A DNA stretch of 60,692 bases, filler included, from Basidiobolus ranarum (Eukaryota): the NCBI GenBank assembly GCA_040143965.1. It is 4 parts of 4 records of this genome, joined end to end, with 100 filler letters (N's around TTAATTAATTAA, not from the genome) between each part and the next. Parts side by side here need not be neighbours in the genome. Positions count along the whole stretch, not along the records: positions 30,432 to 45,518 come from JASJQH010000394.1; positions 45,619 to 60,692 come from JASJQH010000395.1; 2 more parts are not named here. One strand, 5' to 3'. Numbering within the stretch: position 1 is the first letter of the stretch; every line of letters begins with the position of its first letter. Below, one piece after another: positions 37,762 to 54,129 of the stretch. Below the pieces are notes generated by a model, which did not search any database, was not told the DNA's origin, and saw only the letters and a list, made by a program, of their open reading frames with translations. Made by a program: the position numbers and the translations under genes.

Positions 37762-40700
37762 ATGCCTAAATGGCAGCCACTTCCTCGAGTCGCCTACGGG
37801 ATAGCTATCTTCCCCTTTTTATTATCGACTCCTAGCATAGCTGACGATCCACAAGATGACTGTAGAGGCAGCCAGCCACCTTTATCCAATCCTACATCTC
37901 TTCAAGCGACATATCTAGTCAACTTAGAAGTGGGTGATAGCGTTTATGCATTTGAACAATTAGAAGGTTGGTATAAAGGCTACGTAATAACGGCATTTCC
38001 TCCAAATTCACCACCTAGATGTGGTGTATTTCCCGCGAATCACGTTCATATCCGCTCCTACCTACTTGTAGAACAGCAGGAATTATCTTTTGGGAGTGGT
38101 AAAACTCTCGGTGTTTCGTCTCCAAAGATATCACCGCTACTACGATCGAATTCTGAATGTACTTACAAAAACGTTGCTAACTTGAATGTTTCCAGAATCA
38201 CAAACCGTATTCGTCCAATAAGTCTACAGGAAGAATCTGTCGAAGAGGTTCGTCTATCGCCACCCTCAGCTTCTCGTATGACCGCTTATACGACGACAGG
38301 TGGATTCTCTGAACCATTGGCTGATTTTATCGCTTCCGTCTTGAAAGAATGGTGCTCGTTTTTGCAAATATATTTGAAAAAACGCGAGTATGTATTATTC
38401 AGCCAAGTAAAATATCTTATGGCTACCCTTTTCAAAGGCCGCAGGCAGCTTCTTTCACAAACCTTATCGCTAGAAGATCTGAACAAGCTTCGAGTAGAAC
38501 TAATTCACACGATATTATCTGGTAACAAATTGCAGGGTCTGGATTCTATCGTTCTTCACAAAGAAAAAGGATTTCCAATTAATGAAGCCGATTTCTCTTT
38601 GACAACACTCTACAGAAATCATGTTGAGCTTGCTGGCAATGATAATAATGGAGTTGAGAGCACTCGGTTAACAAGTCCCAACCAATCTCCGCTCGGGCTT
38701 AACTCAGCTCTTGCTCGCAAAAAATTAAGCAAATCGACAGCTGATACCTTCTCCAATTTATACCACCTCTTCTTTGACTTGAAAGCTTTTGTTGCTTCGA
38801 TCTGCTCAACCGGAGAATATACTGAGCTTCAATTCTGTTTGTTCAACAAAACCACTTCCAAGATTATTACTGAGGAATTTCTGATTGTTCTCACATCCCA
38901 AGGGATGCCTCGCGACTCCAACAGGATTGGAAGACTGCATACTTTATTCACAGATTTATCTTACAAAGATATTAGTGATCAAATATACTTGATATGCAGA
39001 ATAGTTCGTGTTGGTAGAACTTTATTGTTGGAGAAATCTAAGGATGGAATTGATTTCCCATCCTCCTCATCAAATGACATCGCGTATCGGGGAAATTCAA
39101 CGAATAGCAAGATAAGCCCGGAGCCAATAAGTTATAGAAGGCCGTTTGGGTGTGCTGTTCTTGCAGTTAGTGATATACTTCAGGCGAATGATCAAGTTGG
39201 CACATTACGTGAGTCTGTTGCGAAGATATTTATTCCGTTGAATGATAGCACATTTTCTACTTTACACGAGAGTATTATAAACCAGACCGGAGAATACGAA
39301 AAATCCTCAAGAGCCGAGAACATTTGCGTTTCATTCCGGGTATTTCAGGGACAAGCACAGTCTTTGATAAGAGAGCATCCAACTCTCCTATTCGACATTC
39401 CCCTGACGCCCAAACTGGGTTTTCCTGATGTAATTCTTCCTGGTGACAATCGAAACGCGATGCATTTAACTATAAGTTGTGGCGAATTTCAGCAAGGCCG
39501 CAGAACAACAGCTAAGAACATCCAAGTTAAGGCAGAAGTACGATTGAACACCGGGAATGGAGCAGCCCTAAATAATGCAATATGTCGTGGGTCTGGAGAA
39601 GCCAATGTAACCGAATATGAATCTGTGATATTCTACCATTCAAACAATCCTAGATGGGACGAGTCTATTAAAATTGAGGTAACTCCGGATATATTCAAGA
39701 ATGCCCATATTTTTTTCACATTCCGACATTGCTCAAGCAAAGGGCAATCCGGGTCGACCATATCTATTGGCAAAGACAAATCCTCTGACAATAATATATT
39801 TGCTTTCGCCTTTTTGCCACTTTCTTTAGATAATCATCACACTATAGTGTCAGATGATATACATTCTCTTACATTATACAAATATGATTCTAAAACTGTT
39901 GCATCAACTTCATACTTGACACGAAGTACACATGTGCCAAGATCCCATATACTTTCGTCATTTGATAGTCTTGATTTAATCAAGAATTCTAATGCATCGT
40001 CTGGACTCTCGGCGCTAAAAGACTCCTTTACTGTGAAAACATTCTTATGCTCAACCAAGCTAACTCACAGCGAAGCATTGGTCAATCTCTTACATTGGAA
40101 AGAGGCATTGCTTACTCGGCACGATATGCGCTCCATATTGAAGAATTTCACCTTTATAGGTGAATTAGAGATTGTGAAATTTCTACAGGATATATTTGAC
40201 GTATTATTCGAACTGTTGGGAGCCCCTCCTTCTTCATTTCAACATGGGAATACTTCTACCAAGCAAAGATCTCACCAACGTCAACCTTCTATTTCCGGCA
40301 CTGATCCCACACTAGACGATTTAGTATTTGCTGCTTTAGTGTTCGTATTAAATATAGTTTCTGATCGACGCTTTACTAATTTCCGACCAGTGCTTGATAT
40401 GTATATCGAAAACCATTTCTCTTCACCTCGTGCAGCTCAGCATCTAATTACTGCAATGAGAAAGTTACTCTCTGATCCAACGGATTCGAGTAAAGCAATG
40501 GGTCTCCGCTCCAGTATAAAAGCATGGGAATATCTATTCAAGCTAGTCGTCAAGTCATGGGGTATTCAAAAAGCTGAAGAAAAAGGGAAAATAATTACCG
40601 ACAGTTCCGGATCTTTATCGCCGACAATTGCTGAGAATACAGAAGACAGCGAAACTAAATTTAAAGCTAGCCTGTGGGGGCTTTTTGAAGATATCAATAG

Positions 40701-43700
40701 GCTGATGTCTCTTACTGATCCACTCTCAGTTCTTGGAACGCAAACCATTGCTCTACAACATTATCATACGATTTTCGATGACTTAGTATCTCGCTTTCCT
40801 AATAACGAACTTACAGATATATCCATTTCATTCGTCAATTCTGTTGCTAGCTTTAGAAAAGGGAACCTTGCACATCACCGGCTTCAACTAATATATCAAT
40901 TGGTTCATGGAGTACTATTTGATTGCCCAGAATCTCGGCATTTGCTAGTCAAGGCTACAGTTGGATGGGTTGAAGAATACTTAAAGCAGCCGATGACTGA
41001 TTATGCGGATTCAGGACAATGGAAAGAGATACTTCGTTTAAGCAATCTAGTTGTGACTGAAATGCTAGGGAAAATCCATTCTATACATCATAAGGTTCAG
41101 CATGGCACCGATCCTAGTGTCAGTGAGAAAAAACATGAGGATGTCGATATTGAGACTATTTTGAGTATATTGCCCCTCTTTATGCAAGCTTATCATAGAC
41201 TTCGTCAGGCATTAGCAATCTCTGAGCATTCCGGTTTCAGTCCTTCCAAGCATAATTCTGGGTTAAGCGGTCCACTATCACCAATTTCATCTTCTCCTGA
41301 CCTTTTAGGCACTGAAATGTCCGAGAGGTACTCCAACGCGTTCGGTGAAACTGCGTCTATGATTATGACCCTCATATCTTTAACGTCGACAAACCAACTC
41401 GAACGCTTCTTTCAACGATTCATGAATAAGGCAGAGTCAGTTGAAGGACTTCAAAACATAATATTGCTACTCGAGATTTTTCATTCTATTCTATCTGAGA
41501 GTGCATTTCCAAAACATTGGTTGAACTTGACTGTCCTTTCGTTAAGGATGGTGTCAAAGGTATTGATTCCTCTTGGCACTGTTCTCAGGAAAAATCTAGC
41601 TAATGCTTCTCGGATATCTGAGCTTCTAACCAATGTTTGGATTAGATTTTATACTGTTCTGATATTTATTCTGGCAAACAAACGACTCAAGGTTGAGACG
41701 CTCAATCCTCAAATCCAAAGTGCCACAGTTTATTTGCTCCAAGACGTTAGAACCCAAGGTGCTGACTTGCTTATATCTATGTGGCTTTCTTTTGAGACAT
41801 TCAAGGCTAAAATAAGTCACGAAAAATATCGGGAAATCTCACTTACTCTTCTGGGTCCGATCTTAGATTTGAATCTCTCACTGCATGATGGTCTTCGCAG
41901 ATGCGCGTTAAATATGTTGTTCTCTATCATGCTCTCAGAATTCGAGATTATGAATGATTTCAAGCACATAGAAGTAGAGTGCTTTAATCGATTTGAGCAC
42001 CTTGTTATGACGGAAACCAAAGGAGATTTAACTACCTACAATTTGTTCATTCAAGGGCTTGTATCTAAAACCGAGAAAGAAGTACGTGAACAATCTTTAA
42101 ACCTCTCTCTGGTGAAGTTGATAGATTCCATCGACAAATTCCTCGAATTGTTGTTGAACGTGCGTGATCTACCTAACGAAGATGAATACGAAGATGAGCG
42201 CATTATGGGTACCATGAAGCTACTCAAGTTCATTAAAATCATGAATCAGGATGATATTTATATCAAATATGTCCACCAATTAGTCGACATGCATCTTCGA
42301 AGCCAGAATTTTGTTGAAGCCGGGATTACTCTCAAACTTCATGCTAATCTGTTAAGCTGGTCTTTAGAAAGTGGCTTAGAAACTGTAGAAGGTCTCAGTC
42401 TTCCCTCTCAAACTTCATTTGAGAGAAAGGAGCTTTTACTACTGAAGGTGCTCCGATACTACGATGAAGGTCAAGCTTGGGAACATGGAGTAGAGACTTG
42501 CAAAGAATTGGCATATCAATACGAACACACTTTGTTCAATTATGATAAACTTTCGGCCATTCTACGTACACAAGCTCAACTTTATGAGAATATATTGCAC
42601 AAAGAGCGTTACTATAGTGAGTATTTTAGAGTCGGATTTTACGGAAAAGGGTTTCCGACTAGCATCCGTAATAAGCAATACATATATCGTGGCTTGACTT
42701 GGGAAAAAATCAGCGCCTTTTGCGATAGAATTCAAAACAAACATCCCTCCGCTCGCCTTCTCAATTCCAATGGAGTTCCACCTGAATCTATACTTAACTC
42801 AAATGGGCAATATCTACAAATTACTGCCGTTACCCCCGAGCCTGACTTGACTCATGCTGCACTTCAACGATTAGATACTGTCCCAGGGCCTATTCGAGAA
42901 TACTATGAAGCCAATGAAGTAAACACATTTAGCTTCTCAAGGCCTGTAAAGAAATTACCTTCCGAGAGAACAGTATCTTCCAGAAATAGTACTCTAATAA
43001 GCAATAAGACGACCTCCCATGAGGGGCATATTGTACCACCTAAAAATACAGACGCTTTGAACGAGTTTTTATTGCTGTGGACGGAAAAAACATTCTTCAT
43101 TACTGAATTTAAGTTTCCATCTTTACTTCGTCGTGCAGAAGTTGTATCTATGATCATAGAGGAACATTCACCAATAGAGAATGCCGTGGCTGCAATGAAA
43201 AGCAAAACTAAAGAGCTATCTGCTCTAGAGAAGAAGTATCAAACCTATGTTGGCACAGATACTTCCAAAATCAATAGCAATCCCTTAGCTATGGCCTTGA
43301 ATGGAGCCATCGACGCACCCGTCAATGGAGGTGTATCAATGTATAAACAAGCTTTCTTAACAGACGAATTTATCAAGCAAAACCCTGACAAGGAACAAAC
43401 CGTGAACCAACTACTTTCGCTCATCGATGAACAGGTAACACCTTTACCAAAGAGACTTGTTAACTATCGATTACAAACATAGTAATATCTTACTTTTAGA
43501 TATTGGTAATCCAGCGCTGCCTTGCGATTCATAATCGCATTGCGCAAACAGAAATGAGACCACTTCATGAGAATCTAGTTATACGTAAGAATTTCCTTTT
43601 AACTCATTATATATAGTGCTTTACTAACTGAGTGTAATAGTTTTCCGCAAAAATTTTGCTGAGGAACTAGTTCGAATCTCTATTAGTAAGCCCTCCATTG

Positions 43701-44227
43701 CCTTATCCTACCCTCCATTACCTGATGATCGACCCGGCAGCCTGACGACTGGACAATCCACACCTCACCTGATCCAAATCCACCCAAATTCATCTAGCAC
43801 TTTGCCACTTGGCACTCGGAAGCATATAGATAGTGTTCAAACCTTATCTCCTAACAAAAGAGACAGCCAATTCTCTGACTCTGTTGTATTTGACCACCAT
43901 TACTCGCTCTCACCCTCAGTCGCATCCCTTTCTGCTGAAAACAAAAGCCCCTCTACCAGAAGCTCAAACCCTTTTACTTACGCCCTTAAGCGCTTATCCG
44001 GAGGCTCCTCCACCACCTGTAGCAGTATGGATGGTAATGACATTGATTATCAAAGCCTCACTGCCATAGGATCTCCGCTATCGACAACACCCAGCTTTGG
44101 CAATGGAACTGATGGCTCTACTTTGGATAAAAAAAATAGATGGTCTTTAAAGAAGTATCGAATGTTGCTAGAACGACATTTGACCACCAACAATACCAGT
44201 GTTACCCCAGCCGAAGGCTCCTTATAG
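37762..44227 (+). CDS. DOCK-family (DOCK1-5/Dck1-like) Rac/Cdc42 guanine nucleotide exchange factor
   Basis: N-terminal SH3 (LEVGDSVYAFEQLEGWYKGY..GVFPANHV), DHR-1 C2 (YESVIFYHSNNPRWDE), DHR-2 (YFRVGFYGKGFP, SPIENA, DAPVNGG); exons 37762-43434, 43500-43584, 43641-44227. Confidence 0.95.
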
Positions 44228-45131
44228 TTATAGGTCCAGCAATGATTACCACTCTATATTACGCCTCTACTGTGTGATGTATATCTTTGTCTACACTAAT
44301 TTCTATCGTACTTGCTACGAAATGTTTTTTAACAGCTTTGTGATAAGCTGTCAAGTAGAAACTAACCTAATTTTTTGTTTCACTTTCAAGAAAGATAGTT
44401 GTAACTTTACTAATTAACACTGTAATATGTAATATTTTGGATACTTAATTTAATATCTTATTTATCATCGAGAAGGTTAGAATACGCGGATTTTTTTATC
44501 GAATCCATCAATACCTCAACGTATGTCTCATTCTTCGATCATTTTATTTAGCCTTAATCTCAAGGATACCAACGTTATTTTTATGTTAGCATTAGTCAAT
44601 ATTTCATTTTCGAACATCCATAACTACTAACTAAACCATCTCTACTCAGTATTTCATATCCAATTGATTTTATCTTGATGAATACGCTTCCAACCAAAAT
44701 ATTTGGGAATCCCAAGTTTAACTCACAATAATTAATTTGAAATCTAGCAAGAACGAGTGCTATCCTAGTGATACATATGATTTGGTTTGAGTGGTGAATC
44801 ATTCTTCGAACGAGGCTGTATGTTTCGCGCACATCTTCCAGTGTCAGAATGACATGGCGATGGGAGAGTTTATTTGAATATTACCGATCGACAACCCTTA
44901 TAATCATGATTACGATTATATACCTATTCATGATGTTACAATGAACACCATTTAGCCTAATACAACTATCAATAACAATGTCGCCCGCAAGATGAACATT
45001 CAATTTCATACAATGATAGGATAGTCGATATAAGGCATTTTCTACGTTGTCTTAGTCTGCATACTACACAGAAACTGAATTGATCGAAATCTAGCTGTAA
45101 TCTTGCTGTAACTATTGTTTATTATTGATCA

Positions 45132-45462
45132 TGTTAAGGTATTTTGGGAGTTTATTGGAAGTGGTTTTTCGAACTAGAAGAATTGATGGTTTTTACTTAT
45201 TGATTTATTGAGTTGACATTCATAGTTTTGTCAAGAAGTAAACAAACAAACGTGTAGAATGTGTTAAGGAAGGTCCCAGGAACATGTGTGTAAAGTTCGG
45301 GGCTTCTTTGAACAATCTATATATCTGAGAACTTCTAAGTTGGTAAAAATATTAAGTAAATTCCGATATCGAATAATGGGTAATATCTTAGTTCAATATA
45401 GGATAAATAAATACTAAGCTATATATGACTATATAGGTGTTTAGGCAATGCTAATTTCAACA
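45132..45462 (+). mobile_element. LTR copy near contig end (no clean target-site duplication)
   Basis: TGTTAAGGTATTTTGGGAG...GCTAATTTCAACA, collinear with the other three copies; flanks GATCA and GCTCT. Confidence 0.8.
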
Positions 45463-45518
45463 GCTCTATCAAAATCTAAAACCACACTTGCCATTATGAC
45501 AGAACTGTATCTTCTCCA

Positions 45519-45618
45519 NNNNNNNNNNNNNNNNNNNNNNNNNNNNNNNNNNNNNNNNNNNNTTAATTAATTAANNNNNNNNNNNNNNNNNNNNNNNNNN
45601 NNNNNNNNNNNNNNNNNN
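45519..45618. other. Artificial contig spacer
   Basis: 44 N + TTAATTAATTAA + 44 N. Confidence 0.97.
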
Positions 45619-45625
45619 TCTCGAT

Positions 45626-45687
45626 ATGACCCTGACCATGACCATGACCATAACCATAACCATAACCATGACTATAACCCTAATCCT
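45626..45687. repeat. Degenerate hexamer repeat (TRACCA)n
   Basis: atgaccctgaccatgaccatgaccataaccataaccataaccatgactataaccctaatcct. Confidence 0.85.
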
Positions 45688-46827
45688 CTATTGAGTTTTG
45701 ATAAGCAAGAGTTATGGTTAAAGTTATTGATCAAATTGACATAGCCGATGATTCTGGATCACTTGGCTTCCCGATGATTCCAGATCATAATATTGCGTTA
45801 CAAATAAGATATGAAAACCCGGGTTTGTAAGCTCTGGAGGCTATCAAATCAGCTATCAAATCAAAGCAGCTACACCCAAGAAATTTCTAAAATGGGTGTC
45901 AGTGAAAAGGGATAGAATCGGCATGCAATAGCGAACAACATTCAAATGAGAGGTAAATGAGAGACCAAATGGGATACCAAATGCAGCAAGTATGAATAAG
46001 TATATTCGTATAAATTATAAATTCTTTACAGTCGAAAATTCTATCGAACACGAGAAACTTTACCGACGGGTGTCTCATGTGACTCTATCCTATTACGTAT
46101 GCTTACATCTACTCCAAGTAGTGCTATATACTCCAATATTTACCAGTATAAGGTGGAAAGCGGAAGGTGGAAAGCGGAAAACTCAAACATCCACACTCCA
46201 TACCTAGCTATGTTCAGTTTCATACTGAGTCATTAAGTCAACGTGCCATCGAGTGGTAACGGTAATTACTCGCACGGCTAGTTTTGGCTCACAAAAGCCA
46301 ATAAGAATTCTACTAGCAGGAAAACATTGGATTGTAATGATTAAAACAAAGTTGATTTGAACCTCAGGAGAACTGCAAAATCCCATCTCCTCCATCCAAT
46401 CAATCGCCATACTATATTTTGGGTTTGAGAAAAGAATGAGAGGCAGTTGGGTATTCTTATAAATGTCTCAAACCAGGAACGAGTCTAGTCCAATTGAAGC
46501 CATGCAGCACACTGCACCAAAAAGATAGGGAAATCATCAGGAAAAGAAGGGATGGGATATGATGTGGATTTGAAATAGTTCAAGTTGCAACTGAATCGGT
46601 GTTCTCCCTGCCAGGTCAATATCACCTTGGCAAATTCACCAAAAACGGACCTGATAGATCATACTGGGTAAATGTGATCGAAGCTGGTCTATGACTGATA
46701 TAGGTACTGGTCTATCCGCCACACCAACTTCTGACTCTTTTAAAAGGGCTGTTTGTTCCCTTTCGGATCGTACACATCTGATTGCTTTCTCTCTAACCCA
46801 GACCTTACCTTTTTACATTTTGTATTG

Positions 46828-47313
46828 ATGACTTCACTCGTACTTGATATGATAAAACCTGTTTCTTGTGGAAAAGAGCGTCGGGATAATATCTGTGACA
46901 TTTGTCAGAAATCCTTTGGCCGTCTTGACAACCTCAAGCGTCATTATCGGACACACACCGGAGAAAAACCTCACCGTTGTTTATATCCTGGATGTACACA
47001 AAGTTTTCCTCGAAGCGATCAGTTAAACAGACACTTCGGCATGCACTCAGATGACACTAACCTTAAGAAACGAAAATCTAGCACCGATAGTGATAGTAGT
47101 GACTTTTCATATTACCAACAATCATCAACCTATAATTCCTCCATCTCATCCTCGCCGAGCCCTATACCGTGGGCACTACCAAGTAATAAGAAGTGTACAT
47201 CTATGGGTGTAACTCGGATTCAACAAATCTTGGACTTAACACCGGTTCATATGGCTATAGCCCCAAAAGAGTCCAAGTCTTCCCGTATGGAGCTCACTTA
47301 CCTGTTGAATTAA
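46828..47313 (+). CDS. Small two-finger C2H2 transcription factor
   Basis: CDICQKSFGRLDNLKRHYRTH-TGEKPH-RCLYPGCTQSFPRSDQLNRHFGMH; first in-frame ATG at 46828. Confidence 0.9.
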   Translation: MTSLVLDMIKPVSCGKERRDNICDICQKSFGRLDNLKRHYRTHTGEKPHRCLYPGCTQSFPRSDQLNRHFGMHSDDTNLKKRKSSTDSDSSDFSYYQQSSTYNSSISSSPSPIPWALPSNKKCTSMGVTRIQQILDLTPVHMAIAPKESKSSRMELTYLLN

Positions 47314-49290
47314 CTCCATCTGATACTTTTTTATTCGTCTTTCAGCATAATTTTTACATATGTACATTTCCTGCGTGATCTTTAACTTCAACTCGACATT
47401 AGAGTATACGTTTGAATCACCTTCCTTTCACTTACTCACCTGTACATAATACTCAGTAGACAGGTTAATGCTATCCAATAGATACTCCAATTACTCACAT
47501 TAAACAAAGACCTTATTTCTTATCCTTTAACTATAATTTTATCATATCGTTTTCCGTTCAATCATATTAAAATGTAAATACAAAACTATGCAATTGTCCC
47601 GGGGGAGCATTAATCTGACCCTATCTTCTGCGGTGCAATAATAGTTAGAATTTATCCTGGTTGCCTTTCTTGACACGATAATGAAATATCAGATCAGTGT
47701 TCATTTGTACATACAAATAGGAATTTTAACGCTTAGGGTTAGTTACCACATAGCTAAAAGGACTAAATTGGTTCCAAAATTATATACATTCCGTCCCAAA
47801 AATATCTACTATTCCTCCAAGGATAAGTCATATTCCGATGATATTCCTAGGAGATGCTCTCGATATTTCTAGGTAAGGCGCCTCCATATCACCCATTTCC
47901 CTCCATATATAGATTATCTTCAGCTTGCCTCCATCTAGTGTATTTTCTATTTGCTTCCCGTTACAGAAAATCTTTCATCTACTTTGCTAGAGATAAAGAG
48001 AAACTAGAAGTGTGAAGGGGAGCTGATGTATATGGATATCATTGAGTAGTGTAATACCTACCATTCAAAGCACCAATATCAAATGATCCCCAATGGCCGT
48101 TTATCTAATTTATCAATCATCTGGTTATCAATCTGAATTAGGGTGGGAGTTATCCGGCTTAGTGGTATAACTTTACCCAGCTTCGGATACGTCAGTAGAG
48201 GAGTGGACATGTATAAACAAACGAGACGTGGAATTGAGAATCTAGACCCAGAAATTATTTCTATTAGTAAGTACTGTATCTAGTTATTATCTCACACGTT
48301 CCGGTGATACACTAGTATTACTATGATGTCGAGTGAAGTGATATAGGGAAAGCATACGGGTGCGAGTGCGAGTACTGTTTTAGACCGAAGCTAAGGCCAG
48401 TCACCTGCTGAGCCAATAACGACACATGCATCAATTCCTTGCATTAAGTCGAGGATCTACTCACTATTGGACTCTCCACAATCATCGCCTACGTGGAAGA
48501 ACTCAACTCAGCATGTGAAATATGGACAAGATATTATGGCGGTGCTTCTCAGTAGCTGGTTTAGTCAATGGCCTGCCAATGATTTACCTTGTGCACAGAT
48601 ACTACCAAATAGTCAGCGTGTTCTTCATTTCAATTCCCAACATTTGTCAATGGAATACGCTAAGCCAATGGTAGCTGCAGTTCATGGGGATCATTGGAGA
48701 GGTATCAGTGGGATACGGAGTCATGATTGCTTGAAAGATTGGAAGTGAAAGAATACGAGATCCATATCAATAAGTCACTCCATAATTATTTAGGGTTGGA
48801 GCCAGCGGAGCTATATCTATCCAATTATAATATCACTATTAACATTTCGTATGTTTCTCTTTACCAACAGTACTGCTTGAAATTACCCACTTTGGCTTAT
48901 CAGTCCACGTATCACCTGTATCAGTTATGTAACCCAGTCGGTGAAATGATATGTCACTGATCGCTACCAAAGCAAATATACTACGAGAATTTACTAGCGA
49001 TTTCCAGTCATGTGAGCTCTTGGTTCTAGATAGCATCCCTTACATTATTGGACAACTCCAGCTTCATCAAACTACTTGAATAGCGATTGTGTTGGGGTGG
49101 ATGTAACCAGATGCACCATCCCGTCTATTGCCAATACGTGATACCACTAAACTCTACTTGTTTTGGATAGCCCCTGCAGATTCACAGAGGCACTGTGATG
49201 TCATGGCGATGATAAGGCCTGTTCACTTCCTGCTCACTTCCTGTTCATTGTTATTATCAATCCCACATGGAAACTTGTGGTTCGGGAAAT

Positions 49291-49371
49291 AATCAATATT
49301 AAAGTATCCACTCTGACAATCAATATTAAAGTATCCATTCTAACAATCAATATCAAAGTATCCATTGTAAG
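49291..49371. repeat. 27-bp minisatellite, 3 copies
   Basis: aatcaatatyaaagtatcca core at 49291, 49318 and 49345. Confidence 0.9.
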
Positions 49372-49768
49372 CATACCATGATCTTAACTGATTCACACGC
49401 ATTGTACTCAGTAGCGCGTCATAGTGCAATCGAAATATTTCATTTTATATGAAACATGCTCACCAGTCTACAAACTTAGATCATAGTGAATCACTGTAAA
49501 AGTGACTATATTGTGTGGGATACTATGTCATAGAGAGGTCATTGACTAGGGAGAGGATGATGTACAGTATAGACATAGTATATTTTGAAAGTCATGGCCA
49601 TTTTTTCTTACTTCGAAAGAAACCGGCTCATTTACCCTCTCTTCTAGCATTTACCCGCTCTTTAAGTTTCTTCACACTTAATGGTATTTACCCATTCTTC
49701 TTTGAATGTTTTGACCAACTGAAACCGTTGAAGTCGAAACACAGGATGAGCAGCATATTAGTTATTAT

Positions 49769-50107
49769 TGTCAAAGTATTTGGGAGCCTGTTGGAAGTGG
49801 TTTGGAGAATTAGAGAAATTGGTGGTTTTCACTTATTGATTTATTGAGTAGAAAGTTGACATTTATAGTTTTGTCAAGATGTAAACAAACTAACATGCAG
49901 AATATGTTAAGGAAGGTCTCAGAAACATGTGTGCAAAGTTTGGGGCTTCTAGCACAAGTTTGATAAATCTATATATCTGAGAACTTCTATGTTGGTGTCA
50001 ATATTCTAAGTAAATTCCGATTTGAGAATAATGGGTAATATCTTAGTTCAATATAAGATAACTAAATACTAAGCTATATAGGTGTTTAGGCAATGCTAAT
50101 TTCAACA
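49769..50107 (+). mobile_element. Solo LTR with perfect 5-bp target-site duplication
   Basis: TGTCAAAG...TTTCAACA; ATTAT on both flanks. Confidence 0.85.
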
Positions 50108-50163
50108 ATTATTACTTCTAATTAATTCAAAGATTGTATATACAATGAGTTTTGAAGAAGGAT

Positions 50164-50496
50164 TGTTAAAGTATTTTGAGAGCCTGTTGGAAATGGTTTG
50201 GAGAGCTAGAGAAATTAGTGTTTTTCACTTATTGATTTATTGATTAGAAAGTTGACATTTATAGTTTTGTAAGCAAAAAAACATGTATAATGTGTTAAGA
50301 AAGGTCTCAAAAACATGTGTGCAAAGTTTGGGGCTTCTAGCACAAGTTTGAAAAATCTATATATCTGCAAACTTATAAGTTGGTGTCAATATTCTAAGTA
50401 AATTCAGATTGAGGTGCTATCTTTGTGAAATACGGAATAACTAAATACTAAGCTATATATGACTATATAGATGTTTAGGCTATGCTTATTTCAACA
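50164..50496 (+). mobile_element. Solo LTR with near-perfect target-site duplication
   Basis: TGTTAAAG...TTTCAACA; flanks AGGAT and AAGAT. Confidence 0.82.
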
Positions 50497-51181
50497 AAGA
50501 TGACCTTTAAATATTGGACCTGTAACATCTTCTCTATAACTTTGTTAACGTATTGCAGTACAAAAGAGTCCTTCTTGCTTCCTAAAGATATGTAGCTGTT
50601 GGAAAATCATATTATCAAGAAACCAGCTTTTGAGTTTACAAGTGATTAATGTCCAATGCTGGAAGTGCTCTTTCAGGTTTGGGTTGGCCTTAGATATAGC
50701 ACTTCAACCTAGATATTAGCCTTTTTTTCGTATCATAGAGCTTGTGAGCAGTCGAATATGGAAGAAACAAAGGTCCATGTATTTATTACTTCTGTTCGCA
50801 AATACTACTAGTTTTTTGTTCATCCGCAACTAGCATGGAACGATGCAGAAGTGATAGATGAGTAAAACCGTCATGGATCCTGATCCTGAAATTTCAATGA
50901 TTCCATTTGTGTGGAATTTTCCACAATCTTAGCCTTAATTCTTGGCCTTTCCCTTTTCATTCAAAATTACTGCATAAAGTACTTTTACATTTCACTTGGC
51001 AAGTTACACCATCAGTTTAGTCTTGAACTTTGCATCTAGAGTTTTACATAGCCGTAGAGTAGTCATTAAAATACTGCATCCTTCCGTTGAGACTCTGACC
51101 GATTAAGTCAGCGGCTACGTTTTATCGCCTATTTGCATATATACCCCATTTCGCCTGTTATACTAGTTATTTCTAGATCAC

Positions 51182-54129
<2,948 letters not shown>

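Noticed and set aside
49291-49371. CRISPR-like appearance of repeated 20-bp cores
   Set aside because: Units are contiguous with no unique spacers, there are no cas genes, and the context is eukaryotic; it is a minisatellite
49515-49847. 110-aa ORF
   Set aside because: Starts at GTG, runs into an LTR and has no domain; probably spurious
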